A program made the translations under genes and the position numbers. Shown here in pieces: positions 30,304 to 39,625 of a stretch of 64,000 nt of DNA. Origin of the DNA: an uncultured bacterium. Its GTDB lineage: Bacteria > Desulfobacterota_D > UBA1144 > Nemesobacterales > UBA2774. Under the pieces are notes generated by a model. It ran no database searches. It saw only the letters and a list, made by a program, of their open reading frames with translations, and was not told the origin of the DNA. How positions within the stretch are numbered: the stretch's first letter is position 1; every line of letters begins with the position of its first letter. Location of the stretch: positions 256,001 to 320,000 of the forward strand of contig CAWGRW010000009.1 in assembly GCA_963825135.1 (NCBI GenBank). Reading direction: 5' to 3'.

Positions 30304-30810
30304 TTATGTATTCGCTATTCCGCGACGGATCGCATATAAACTTGTTAAGACCAATATTCCACCCAGCGCAATGAAGCCCCATTGTGTCAGTGTTGGTATT
30401 GGGGCTTGTACCAGTTTCAAACATTGGGGGACATTGGAACATGATTCCTGTTCGAACCAAGCCTCACCCACTCCATTACAAGCTGAGAAATCAACATCGT
30501 CTGCACAGTTTCTCTCATTATATTCACAGCAACCCGGACCAGAAGCCGGTTCACAGGATTGATCTTGATCGGGAGGTACTAAAACACATTTATAACCTTC
30601 ATCCCCATTTACATACCATGAATTTGAACCGCACAACTCTTCAGATAATGAGCAATTACCGACACATCCCACACATTTGTTAGCATCACGATCATAACAA
30701 CAACCAAGAGTAGCTGGTTGGGATACTCCCAATTTGGGAAAAATCATCATAAGTAACACAACAACAAAAATACTAGAAAGTATTTTGAGAGAACTGTTAG
30801 TTCTTTTCAT
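30304..30810 (-). CDS. Cys-rich IPTL-CTERM protein
   Basis: Signal peptide MKRTNSSLKIL...; C-terminal PIPTLTQWG, TM segment, IRR. Confidence 0.85.
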   Translation of the reverse strand: MKRTNSSLKILSSIFVVVLLMMIFPKLGVSQPATLGCCYDRDANKCVGCVGNCSLSEELCGSNSWYVNGDEGYKCVLVPPDQDQSCEPASGPGCCEYNERNCADDVDFSACNGVGEAWFEQESCSNVPQCLKLVQAPIPTLTQWGFIALGGILVLTSLYAIRRGIANT

Positions 30811-30854
30811 GCCGAGGCTCCCCTTAAACATTGATATTGCAAAATCCCATGTCT

Positions 30855-31742
30855 TTATGCAACTGCTCTCTTTCTGCGTATAACCATAAATCCAATTATT
30901 CCCATTAATCCGGCCATAGCTATTAAGCCCCATTCGGAAAGTGTTGGGATTGGATTCGGGCCCGGTATTACACATGATCCCTTCCAAGCAAGGCCGTCGA
31001 TTGGGATGTCCACGCCGTTCGAGCCGACCAACGTTGCTACCCCGGTGGTTACGTCCAAAGTATACAACTGCGTCGTGGAGACCCCTGCGTTAGCATACAA
31101 AATCTGATTGCATTCATCGTAAGCTAGTCCAACATAGTTGCTGAGAGAGATACCGGTAGGGCCTATAAGGTTCGAGGTGCCAGTTGCGATTGAGATTGTA
31201 TAAAGTGAATCAGTACCTGTAGCGTACAATATACCGTGCGTGTCGTCATATTCCATACCACGGCCATCGATACCAGTACCAGATCCTATAGTCTGTACCG
31301 AGCCGTCCGGGAACTGTGCCGTGAGTATATTGGAATTATTTAGATCAATCGAGTACATAACACCCCCGGCCTCGTCCGCCGCCAGACCATGCCAGTTTGC
31401 CGAACCGTTCTGATTCCCCAGAAACGTTATAATCCCGACCGTCGAGATCGACCCGATGTCATTACCACCTGAACCTCCAGGAAAATTATACAAGTCCGTA
31501 CCGTAGAGAGTTCCCTCCAGGAACGCCAGACCAGTTAAGCTCGCGCCGCCATTGAGCGTAACAATCGGTGTAGCTGCACCGCTGGACGCATCGATAGAGT
31601 ACAAGACGGCAGGGTTAGTGCTCGATAGTCCGATCAACCCATCGGGAAAATCCTGCCCGTTCACCGAACCAACCGTAAATAGAAACGTTAGCACTAAAAC
31701 TAAATTTAATTCAACCAGCGAAAATGCGATAATTCTCCTCAT
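30855..31742 (-). CDS. Beta-propeller-like IPTL-CTERM protein
   Basis: Repeated LY(S/T)IxxxxGxxxxxG blades; C-terminal PIPTLSEWG, TM segment, IRRKR. Confidence 0.88.
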   Translation of the reverse strand: MRRIIAFSLVELNLVLVLTFLFTVGSVNGQDFPDGLIGLSSTNPAVLYSIDASSGAATPIVTLNGGASLTGLAFLEGTLYGTDLYNFPGGSGGNDIGSISTVGIITFLGNQNGSANWHGLAADEAGGVMYSIDLNNSNILTAQFPDGSVQTIGSGTGIDGRGMEYDDTHGILYATGTDSLYTISIATGTSNLIGPTGISLSNYVGLAYDECNQILYANAGVSTTQLYTLDVTTGVATLVGSNGVDIPIDGLAWKGSCVIPGPNPIPTLSEWGLIAMAGLMGIIGFMVIRRKRAVA

Positions 31743-31823
31743 TTCCCCCCTCCTTTGAACATCAAATAAATCCCTACATCGTATAAGTCCCTTTATGAGT
31801 TTATTATATTTCTCATCTTACTG

Positions 31824-31990
31824 TCAAGCAGCATTTAAATGAGAATCATGATCCTTATAAAACGCTTCTTTACCTTTACTGGTGTCCGGTATCCAAGTGC
31901 GGAATGAAGATAACTCCTGTTATAATAATCGACCCACCTATTCAGTTCATGACTCAGTTCTCTTTCACTACCCCACTCTCTCAGCCAAAA
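31824..31990 (-). pseudogene. IS3 orfB 3'-end remnant
   Basis: Reads FWLREWG...YNRSYLHSALGYRTP..., ending AATGCTGCTTGA like the intact copy. Confidence 0.8.
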
Positions 31991-32722
31991 GTGGGGCCTC
32001 CGTATTTTCCTAAAGTATTTCTGTTGATCACTGCCTTAACTACACGCTTATATGCCGAGACGGTGAGTCGGGTTTAGACCGAAAATCAGGTCGGAAATGT
32101 GGGAAAAATAAGTAAAAATAAGTAAACTTGCGGGTTTCAAAAACCTCAAAACCCTAATGTTTCGCTTTTATACTACGTGAAATAATCTAAGTCAAGGCCT
32201 ACAAATAACACGATATTTTTATCGAAAATCTAATAAAATACATGGGTTCAGAGATTGCTAAAACAAGCGACAAGATTATCTACAGTTGATTTGATCCCTC
32301 TCGCGGATTCAGATATTGTTCGCCTCTGTGGTGTGCCAGTGCTCCAAGTAGCTTCTTTACAGCAATAAGATCCTGCTTCTCTTGCTCACTAGGTAGATCT
32401 TCAATGTTATGGTATGGCTGACCATTCTTAGGAAACACTATACTAACAATCTTGCGTTTGGTTTTAGATGGTGTTTTTTTAGGAATAGCTCAATTCACCT
32501 TGTATCTGATAATGTAAGTAGCTAAAATGCGGTGTCAATATCTCCACCACGCCGACAAGACGCCTCTGTGGTGTTTAGCTGGAACTCTTACAACTCGGGG
32601 TTTTTATAAAGTTCGGACGCGGAAAAAGCGGATTAAGTCCTATTATTTTGGAAATAGCGTGTATGAACTAGGGAGCCTTTAGTTCTATCACCTCAGTGTT
32701 TTGTCCCTCAATCAGGTGGAGG

Positions 32723-32748
32723 TGTAAGCTCCCCTAAAAAGTAGACAG
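32723..32748 (+). repeat. Orphan IS3-type terminal repeat
   Basis: TGTAAGCTCCCCTAAAAAGTAGACAG. Confidence 0.5.
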
Positions 32749-32874
32749 GCGATAAGCAGAACTTTCTGGAACCACCTGCCATTAATCCAGCTTAAGCAAG
32801 TCTTTAACATTTCTTATAGAATAATTAATCAAAAGTCTTGACTTTACCAAAAATAGACTATATAATATATAATC

Positions 32875-33084
32875 ATGGTTCAAAAAAGGCTTAGGCCAAA
32901 TCTCATTCATATCTATCTGCATCCAGAAGAAGATAAATTTCTGAAATCCTACGCTGAGAGTAATTATTTCACTGTCTCAGAGCTTATAAGGGGTTGGATT
33001 CATGAAGTTATGAAACGAGATGGTTATGATATTAAAGAGTCATTAGTGCCTGAATTAAAGAAAACTCGTAAGGAGGCAAAATAA
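32875..33084 (+). CDS. Small putative DNA-binding (RHH-like) protein upstream of the integrase
   Basis: Strand-helix-helix pattern IHIYL...TVSELIRGWI; TTGACT...TATAAT promoter elements at about 32839-32866. Confidence 0.55.
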   Translation: MVQKRLRPNLIHIYLHPEEDKFLKSYAESNYFTVSELIRGWIHEVMKRDGYDIKESLVPELKKTRKEAK

Positions 33085-33085
33085 T

Positions 33086-34183
33086 ATGGGAAGTGTTTAT
33101 CTAAGAGGTGGTTCATGGGTTGTTAAATATAAAGACGATAATGGGAACTGGAAGCGTAAGACTCTGGGCCAAGCGCCTGCAATGACGAAAACAATGGCCA
33201 GAGATATACTACGGAAAAAAGAAAGGCAGATTAAGCTCGGTGTATACGATATGTTAGAAACCGTGATACCTACCCTAGCGGACTATTCTAAGGACTATCT
33301 ATCTTATATCAAAGACACCGTAAAAAAACGATCTTGGAAAAGAGACGAGCTATGCTTAAGGCATTTGAAGGCTTTTTTCGGTGACAGGAAGCTATCAAAT
33401 ATCAAACCCCAAGACGTAGACGATTATAAAGCCTCGAGGCTTAATGAGGTCGCTCCGGCAACCGTAAACCGTGAACTGGAGGTATTACGTCATTTGTTCC
33501 ACTTAGCCGATAGATGGAATAAATTTTTCGGTAAGAACCCGGTATCGAGGGCTGGGCTTTTACCCTTGAACAATCAGAAAGAGAGAATCCTTAGCCTTGA
33601 CGAAGAAAAAAGACTCCTTTCCGTTTGTGATACCTATTTACGTAGTATCGTCGTCACAGCCCTATATACTGGCATGAGAAAGGGGGAGATTCTCAGCTTG
33701 AAATGGGAGAACATAGACCTAGATATCAACCTTATTACAATTGACCAGACCAACGCTAAGAGCAAGAAAACAAGACGAATACCCGTTAACTCGGTAATTA
33801 GGGAATTATTATTAGAGCAGAGATTAAAGAGTGCGGGTTGTGAGTATGTATTTCTTAGCTCTAAGGGTACACCATATATGAGACAAGATTCATTAAACAG
33901 AGCGTATTTACTTGCACTCACAAAAGCCGAGATAAAAGGACTAAGATTTCACGATTTGAGACATACTGCTGCTACTAGGTTGATTGAGCTAGGGTACTCC
34001 ATTGTACCCGTGAAGGAGATACTCGGTCATGCGAGTATTAACACGACTATGAGATATGTACACCCAAGCGAATCTTTGAGAACTGCATTAGAGGGACTCA
34101 CGACCTATTTTTCTGACTCACTTGGTCACAAATCAGGTCACACGAACAACAACCAGAGATCGGATGATAACGTAACTTACTGA
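33086..34183 (+). CDS. int: Phage-type tyrosine integrase
   Basis: TGMRKGE, FHDLRH, LGH and TMRY catalytic motifs; N-terminal arm-type strands. Confidence 0.95.
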   Translation: MGSVYLRGGSWVVKYKDDNGNWKRKTLGQAPAMTKTMARDILRKKERQIKLGVYDMLETVIPTLADYSKDYLSYIKDTVKKRSWKRDELCLRHLKAFFGDRKLSNIKPQDVDDYKASRLNEVAPATVNRELEVLRHLFHLADRWNKFFGKNPVSRAGLLPLNNQKERILSLDEEKRLLSVCDTYLRSIVVTALYTGMRKGEILSLKWENIDLDINLITIDQTNAKSKKTRRIPVNSVIRELLLEQRLKSAGCEYVFLSSKGTPYMRQDSLNRAYLLALTKAEIKGLRFHDLRHTAATRLIELGYSIVPVKEILGHASINTTMRYVHPSESLRTALEGLTTYFSDSLGHKSGHTNNNQRSDDNVTY

Positions 34184-34189
34184 GATAAT

Positions 34190-34266
34190 TGGTAGCGGGG
34201 GGAGGATTTGAACCTCCGACCTTCGGGTTATGAGCCCGACGAGCTGCCAAGCTGCTCCACCCCGCG
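34190..34266 (-). tRNA. Initiator tRNA-fMet (CAT)
   Basis: CGCGGGGTGGAGCAGCTTGG...GGGCTCATAACCC...GGTTCAAATCC...CCCGCTACCA; C1:A72 mismatch and three G-C pairs in the anticodon stem. Confidence 0.97.
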
Positions 34267-34416
34267 TCTGATTAGGAAGGATAAGGGTATGGGATATTCC
34301 CCCCGCTGTCAAGTTTCGGCCGCGGCACAGGCCGGATTCCTTATTTTCATTGACAATTACCCTTATTAAATATAGATTAAATTATCAGAACGGAGTATTA
34401 CATAACAGGAGAATAG

Positions 34417-34842
34417 ATGATGAAAAGGTTAAGCGCATTCTTCTTTACGGCGGCCCTGATTCTTTCGGTTTCGGTGCTGGCCGGATGCAAGAACGAGGAC
34501 AAAACTCAGGAAGCCCCAAAGACCGATTCCGAGCTTGCGCAGACACAAAAAGAGCTCGCACAGATAAAGCAGGACAGCACCGAGCTCGATAAATACGTCA
34601 CTAACCTCAAAACGGAAATAAACGACCTCAAGATCGAAAACCAGAGACTAATCGCCCAGACGAAGAGACTCGAAGCCGAGATAATCGACCTCAAGCTGGA
34701 CCTCGGGCAGGTACCCGGCTCGGATTCCGCGAATATGCTGGATAAGGACGCGGAGCCCAAGGACGCGTCGAACAACGCGGGAACGGCGGAGAACCAGCCA
34801 GCGGCTCAAACCCCGCCCGACGGGACCAAGAGCGCCGAATAA
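34417..34842 (+). CDS. Coiled-coil lipoprotein
   Basis: Lipobox LAGC; heptad-rich middle. Confidence 0.75.
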   Translation: MMKRLSAFFFTAALILSVSVLAGCKNEDKTQEAPKTDSELAQTQKELAQIKQDSTELDKYVTNLKTEINDLKIENQRLIAQTKRLEAEIIDLKLDLGQVPGSDSANMLDKDAEPKDASNNAGTAENQPAAQTPPDGTKSAE

Positions 34843-34902
34843 ACCCGCCCCCATTCGAAGCATGGGTTGTCAGCCGGGCGAATCAGAACAAAATCAGCTT
34901 TT

Positions 34903-35733
34903 TCAAGATGTTACTGTCTTAAATTCGAGTATCCTGTCAAGCCTGAAGGTACACCTCTCCTTTCTCAGATGACAGAACGCGTGGATGTACGTGCTTTCCT
35001 TTGTAACGCTTATATCATAGGGCTCTATGACGCGGGTGGTGGTCTCCTCGTTATACGCGGATAAGTACTTTATCCTGAGCTTACCCTTTACCCTGAGGGC
35101 CTGCTCGATTTCGGGCGGGAGCACGAGCTCCCTCGAGCTTTCGAGCTCGACCGACTTGCCCTGGAGCTTCATAACGTCCTTGAGCCTTTTGAGCCTTATG
35201 CCCCTCCTGCCGAGATCGGTGAGGAAATACTGGAAGACGTCCCTGGTCGTCATGACGTCGGCAAGCGCCCTGTGCCCGATGTCCGCGGGGAGGCCGATAT
35301 ATTTCGCTATCTGCCCGAGGCTGTTGCTCGGGAACGTGTAGTACCTCCTCGCTATGCCGAGCGTGTCTATCACGTTATTTTCTGGAAGGGCCATTCTGAG
35401 GTTCCCAAGCTCGGCGCTCAGGAACCCGAGGTCGAACTTCGCGTTATGAGCGACGATCACCGAGTCCTTTATCGCCGCGAGCAGGTCCCCGGCTATGTCC
35501 CTGAAAAACGGGGACCTCCTCACCATCATATCCGTTATCCCGTGCACCGACACCGCGCTCAGCGGTATGGACCTGCCGGGATTCACGAGCGTAGTAAACT
35601 CGCTCACGATATTTCCGTTTACGGTCTTTATCACGGCTATCTCGCATACCCTGTCCCCCTGCGAGGGGTCAAGACCTGTTGTTTCTACGTCGAGGAAAGC
35701 GAAAGGCACTTCGGAAGGGCTCTGGTAAAGCAC
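34903..35733 (-). CDS. DEDDh 3'-5' exonuclease fused to a C-terminal WYL domain
   Basis: LDVETTG, AHNAKFD and HRALAD; C-terminal IKY...TTRVIEPY...AFCHLRKERCTFRLDRI; GTG start after AAGGAG. Confidence 0.85.
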   Translation of the reverse strand: MLYQSPSEVPFAFLDVETTGLDPSQGDRVCEIAVIKTVNGNIVSEFTTLVNPGRSIPLSAVSVHGITDMMVRRSPFFRDIAGDLLAAIKDSVIVAHNAKFDLGFLSAELGNLRMALPENNVIDTLGIARRYYTFPSNSLGQIAKYIGLPADIGHRALADVMTTRDVFQYFLTDLGRRGIRLKRLKDVMKLQGKSVELESSRELVLPPEIEQALRVKGKLRIKYLSAYNEETTTRVIEPYDISVTKESTYIHAFCHLRKERCTFRLDRILEFKTVTS

Positions 35734-35818
35734 GGCGTACTCCTTATGGAGTATAAATAGTACCACGAAAGACCGGTTTTAAAAAAGAGCTCAAGAAATA
35801 AGGATACGGTGTCCGGCG

Positions 35819-36754
35819 TTAGACCGGCACTCCCCGGAAAGCCCCGGTAAGGCTGTCCCCGCCTTTATCGAGAATGGCCTCCGCCAGCCTGCGGCCTATG
35901 GCCTCGGCTTCCCCGGCGCCGCCCGAGGCTTGATCCCTTATGACAGTAACCCCGTCAGGCGATGCGAGAATACCAGTGACCCTGACCGAATCCCCATCCG
36001 TCTCCGCGTAACACCCGGCCGGGATATTGCAGTCCCCGCCGAGCCTCCTGAGAAAGGCCCTCTCGGCCTCCCCGGCCGTCCACGTCTCGCCGTGATTGAC
36101 GGCGGAGATAATATCCCTAGTCCCCCTGTCCCCCTCCCTGCATTCCAGGGCGATTATCCCCTGACCCGGAGCGGGAACCATCACATCGGCGGGGATTATC
36201 TCGCTCGCCTCCCCGAAAAGACCCATGCGTCCGAGTCCCGCCGCCGCGAGCAGTATCGCGTCGTATTCCTCCCCGTCCCGGAGCTTCCTCAGCCTCGTAT
36301 CCACGTTCCCCCTGATGGGCACTATGCTGAGCCCCGGCATGCGGTTAAGGAGCTGAGCGCCCCTCCTGAGGCTCCCGGTCCCGACCCTCGCCCCCTCGGG
36401 AAGGTCCGCGAGTCTCAGATTATCCCTGGATACGAGCGCGTCCCTCGGGTCGTGCCTCTTCGCTACCGCCCCGATACAAAGGCCGTCCGGGAGAATCGCC
36501 GGGAGGTCCTTCATGCTGTGGACGGCGATGTCCACCGCTTCTGACAGGAGCGCTTCCTCTATCTCCTTGACGAACACCCCTTTTCCGCCTATCTCGGAGA
36601 GGGGGGAATCGAGGTTCCTGTCACCTGTAGTTTTTATGATATGGATTTCCGGCATGAGCCCCGGAAAGGCTTCGAGGAGGAGGTCCTTTATGTAATTCGC
36701 CTGCCACAGCGCAAGCAGGCTCCCCCTAGTTCCAATCCTGAATGGTCGATTCAT
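35819..36754 (-). CDS. hemC: Hydroxymethylbilane synthase
   Basis: GTRGSLLALWQ, AVHSMKD and GTGSLRR. Confidence 0.97.
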   Translation of the reverse strand: MNRPFRIGTRGSLLALWQANYIKDLLLEAFPGLMPEIHIIKTTGDRNLDSPLSEIGGKGVFVKEIEEALLSEAVDIAVHSMKDLPAILPDGLCIGAVAKRHDPRDALVSRDNLRLADLPEGARVGTGSLRRGAQLLNRMPGLSIVPIRGNVDTRLRKLRDGEEYDAILLAAAGLGRMGLFGEASEIIPADVMVPAPGQGIIALECREGDRGTRDIISAVNHGETWTAGEAERAFLRRLGGDCNIPAGCYAETDGDSVRVTGILASPDGVTVIRDQASGGAGEAEAIGRRLAEAILDKGGDSLTGAFRGVPV

Positions 36755-38051
36755 CTTCCTCTTCCTCGGCGATCAGCATGATTTCGGTCTCGAGCTCGAA
36801 CAGCTTCTTGACCGAATCCACGTACAGCGCCCCGAGAGAGGTCGATGCCTCTTTCTTCAGATTTGTGAGCGGGCCGTGGAGGATCTTGCCTATGATGCGG
36901 GACGCCATAAGCCTGATCACTTCCTTTTCCTTGTCGGAATAATTCTCGAGCTTCGCGAGCGCCCACTCGACTTCACTCTTCTTGATGTGCTCGAACCTCT
37001 TCTTGAGGTCTATTATGGCGGGAACCACTTTCAGGCCGTTGAGCCATGCCTCAAACGCCTTCTCCACTTCTATAACTATTTCCTCGGCCTTCTCGGCGTT
37101 CTCTTTCCTGGACTTGATGTTCTCGTCGAGCACGCTGCCAAGGTCGTCTATGTCGTAGAGGTAAATATCGGAAAGCTCCCCGATCCTGGGGTCTATATCT
37201 CGGGGCACGGCTATGTCGATCATGAACATTGGCTCGTTGTTCCTGAGCTTGAGCGCTTCCTTCACGTGGTGGGGCTTGATGATAAATTCCTGGGAGCCCG
37301 ACGCGGTTATTACGATGTCCACGTCCTTCAGGCAGTAAAACACCTCTTCGAACATTATGGGCTTCCCGTTCAGCTTCTCAGCGAGCTGAGCTGCGTTCTC
37401 GAAGTTCCTGCTCGCGATTATCAGCTCTCCGACGCCCGCCTTGATGAGGTTCTTCGCTGCGAGCTCCCCCATCTCGCCCGTCCCGATGAGCAGCACCTTC
37501 CTCCGCGTGAGCTTGTCGAATATCCTCTTCGCGAGCTCTACGGCCACATAACTCACGGAAACGGCCCTCGAGCCGATCCCTGTTTCGGTCCTTACCCTCT
37601 TGGCGACGAAAAACGACGAATGAGCAAGCCTGTTGAGTATCAGCCCGGCCGTGCCCTTCAGCACGGCGGATTTATAGGCCTGTTTCAGCTGACCCAGTAT
37701 CTGCGGCTCGCCCACGACCATCGAGTCTATGCCGGACGCTACCTTGTAGAGATGCCTGACGGCCATATGGCCTATAGATACGTAAAGATAAGGAGAGAAT
37801 ACGTCTTTCGGAATCGAGTGGAACTCGGATAGAAATTCCTTCGCGCTCTCGACAGAGCCTTCGGCGTTCTCGGAGACCGCGTAAACCTCCACCCTGTTGC
37901 AGGTGGATACGATCATGCATTCTTCGATGTGGTTTTTTGAGAAAAGCCAGGTGAGCCCGTCTTCCAGCCCTTCCCGGGTGAAAGAGAAGCGCTCCCTGAT
38001 CTCTACAGGGGCGGTCTTGTGGCTGAGTCCGACTACTATAATGCGCTGCAT
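36726..38051 (-). CDS. hemA: Glutamyl-tRNA reductase
   Basis: STCNRVE, SMVVGEPQILGQ and DIAVPRDI. Confidence 0.97.
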   Translation of the reverse strand: MQRIIVVGLSHKTAPVEIRERFSFTREGLEDGLTWLFSKNHIEECMIVSTCNRVEVYAVSENAEGSVESAKEFLSEFHSIPKDVFSPYLYVSIGHMAVRHLYKVASGIDSMVVGEPQILGQLKQAYKSAVLKGTAGLILNRLAHSSFFVAKRVRTETGIGSRAVSVSYVAVELAKRIFDKLTRRKVLLIGTGEMGELAAKNLIKAGVGELIIASRNFENAAQLAEKLNGKPIMFEEVFYCLKDVDIVITASGSQEFIIKPHHVKEALKLRNNEPMFMIDIAVPRDIDPRIGELSDIYLYDIDDLGSVLDENIKSRKENAEKAEEIVIEVEKAFEAWLNGLKVVPAIIDLKKRFEHIKKSEVEWALAKLENYSDKEKEVIRLMASRIIGKILHGPLTNLKKEASTSLGALYVDSVKKLFELETEIMLIAEEEEDESTIQDWN

Positions 38052-38126
38052 CCCGAGTTGGCCCTTTTATCAGTGTCTCAGGCTTAATTATATACAAGCT
38101 ATGGATTATTTCTATCCCGTCCGGGA

Positions 38127-38681
38127 TCAGACGTGTTTGCCTATGAAACTCAGGAATTCGCTCCTGGTCCTTTCGTCCTTCTTAAAGGCCCCGCGCATCG
38201 AGCTCGTCAGCATGCTTGCATCGGCCTTCATTATCCCCCTCATAGCCATGCACAGGTGCCGGGCCTCGGCCACCACGGCAACCCCGAGAGGGTTCAGGAC
38301 CTCCATGAGGAAGTCCGCTATCTCCGCGGTCATCCTCTCCTGCACCTGGAGCCTCCTCGAGAACACCTCAACGATCCTTGGTATCTTGCTCAGCCCCACT
38401 ATCTTTCCGTTCGGTATATACCCCACGCTGCAGCTGCCGAAGAACGGGAGCATGTGGTGCTCGCAGAGGCTGTAGAACTCAATGTCCTTCACCACCACCA
38501 TTTCGTCGTATTTTATATCGAACAGGGCCTCGTTGATAATCGCGTAGGGGGAGGCCCTGTACCCGGCGGTAAGCTCCTTGAACATGTCCGCCATTCTCCC
38601 GGGCGTGTCGCGGAGACCCTGCCTCTCCGGGTCTTCTCCTATATCAATGAGTATCTCCCTAACTGCCTTCTCAACGCTCAT
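38127..38681 (-). CDS. folE: GTP cyclohydrolase I
   Basis: SLCEHHMLPF, RRLQVQER and HLCMAMRG; start MSVEKAV. Confidence 0.95.
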   Translation of the reverse strand: MSVEKAVREILIDIGEDPERQGLRDTPGRMADMFKELTAGYRASPYAIINEALFDIKYDEMVVVKDIEFYSLCEHHMLPFFGSCSVGYIPNGKIVGLSKIPRIVEVFSRRLQVQERMTAEIADFLMEVLNPLGVAVVAEARHLCMAMRGIMKADASMLTSSMRGAFKKDERTRSEFLSFIGKHV

Positions 38682-39093
38682 ACGGATAACCCTCCTCATC
38701 GAAAAATTCGAAATAGCTGCTCGACGTCTCGCTAAGCCTGAGATGGACGAGCCTTTCGCGAAGACTCCGCCCGAGCCTCTCCCAAAGGTATTCCGCGATG
38801 TTCTCACCGGTCGGCTGCCGCTCGGTGAAATACGGCACTTCGATGTCGAGCCTCTTGTAATCGAGCTCCCCGATTGCGTCTCCCACGGTCCTGTCCAGCT
38901 CTTCCGGGCTTATTACCATTCCCGTACCGGCGTCGATTGAGCCCGCGACCCTGACCTCGAGATAATAATCGTGTCCGTGCCCGTTCGGGTTCGAGCATGT
39001 ATCGAATATCCTCAAGTTTTCCTCGTCCGAGAGACCCTTAATGCAGAGCCTGTGAGCGGCGGAAAACCGGTACCTCTTCGTCAAGGACACCAA
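38671..39093 (-). CDS. PTPS/QueD family protein with a Cys-containing motif
   Basis: FSAAHRL, CSNPNGHGH and PTGENIA; start uncertain (TTG 39093 or ATA 39102). Confidence 0.88.
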   Translation of the reverse strand: MVSLTKRYRFSAAHRLCIKGLSDEENLRIFDTCSNPNGHGHDYYLEVRVAGSIDAGTGMVISPEELDRTVGDAIGELDYKRLDIEVPYFTERQPTGENIAEYLWERLGRSLRERLVHLRLSETSSSYFEFFDEEGYPYER

Positions 39094-39098
39094 TTCCT

Positions 39099-39527
39099 TT
39101 ATGATTGCTCCCTCCGGTAATCGACGTAGAGGTCGGGCGTCTCGTACAGCCTTATCCTGTAGAGCCGGCATCCGGGATTCCCGCCGAGCCTGTCCTCGAA
39201 GATCTCCCAGAACACGCGCGCGATATTCTCGGTCGTCGGTATGAGCCCGACGAAACGGGGGTTGTCGTCGTTCAAATGCTTGTGGTCAAACCCGGTCAGC
39301 ACGTCCTTCATGATGGTCTTGAGATCGTAGAGGTTTATTATCATTCCCGTTTCGGGATCGACTTCGCCCTCGACAGTGACTTCGAGGCTGTAGTTATGAC
39401 CGTGACCGTAAGGCCCCGCCGACTTCCCGAACGCCTCCCGGTTCTTCTCCTCGCTCCACTCCGGGTTCCAGTACCGGTGAGAGGCGGAAAATTCCATTTT
39501 CTTCGTGAGCAGCTTCTTGTAACCCAT
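39099..39527 (-). CDS. PTPS/QueD family protein with a Cys-to-Ser motif
   Basis: FSASHRY, SAGPYGHGHNY, PTTENIA and LYET. Confidence 0.88.
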   Translation of the reverse strand: MGYKKLLTKKMEFSASHRYWNPEWSEEKNREAFGKSAGPYGHGHNYSLEVTVEGEVDPETGMIINLYDLKTIMKDVLTGFDHKHLNDDNPRFVGLIPTTENIARVFWEIFEDRLGGNPGCRLYRIRLYETPDLYVDYRREQS

Positions 39528-39625
39528 CGGAAATCGCCCTGTATACGGCGACCGATTAGGATAGCATAGTTAATTGACGGTACCAACTTCCTTTAGAGGG
39601 ATGAGTGAGGTAACCTTTTTTAGAC

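Larger units (their letters stand above)
19685..34225. mobile_element. tRNA-Met-integrated genomic island (about 14.5 kb)
   Basis: Direct repeats of the tRNA 3' end at both borders; integrase next to the tRNA; visibly AT-rich; IS debris. Confidence 0.88.

Noticed and set aside
32280..32575. Startless minus-strand frame and the 14-bp repeat CGCCTCTGTGGTGT (32321, 32561)
   Set aside because: No start codon or recognisable homology; too little evidence to assign
19685..34225. Prophage or conjugative element
   Set aside because: No structural, replication, relaxase or secretion genes are visible
35930..37832. Long antisense ORFs over hemC/hemA, and similar ones over other GC-rich genes
   Set aside because: Typical shadow ORFs of GC-biased coding sequence, with no motifs
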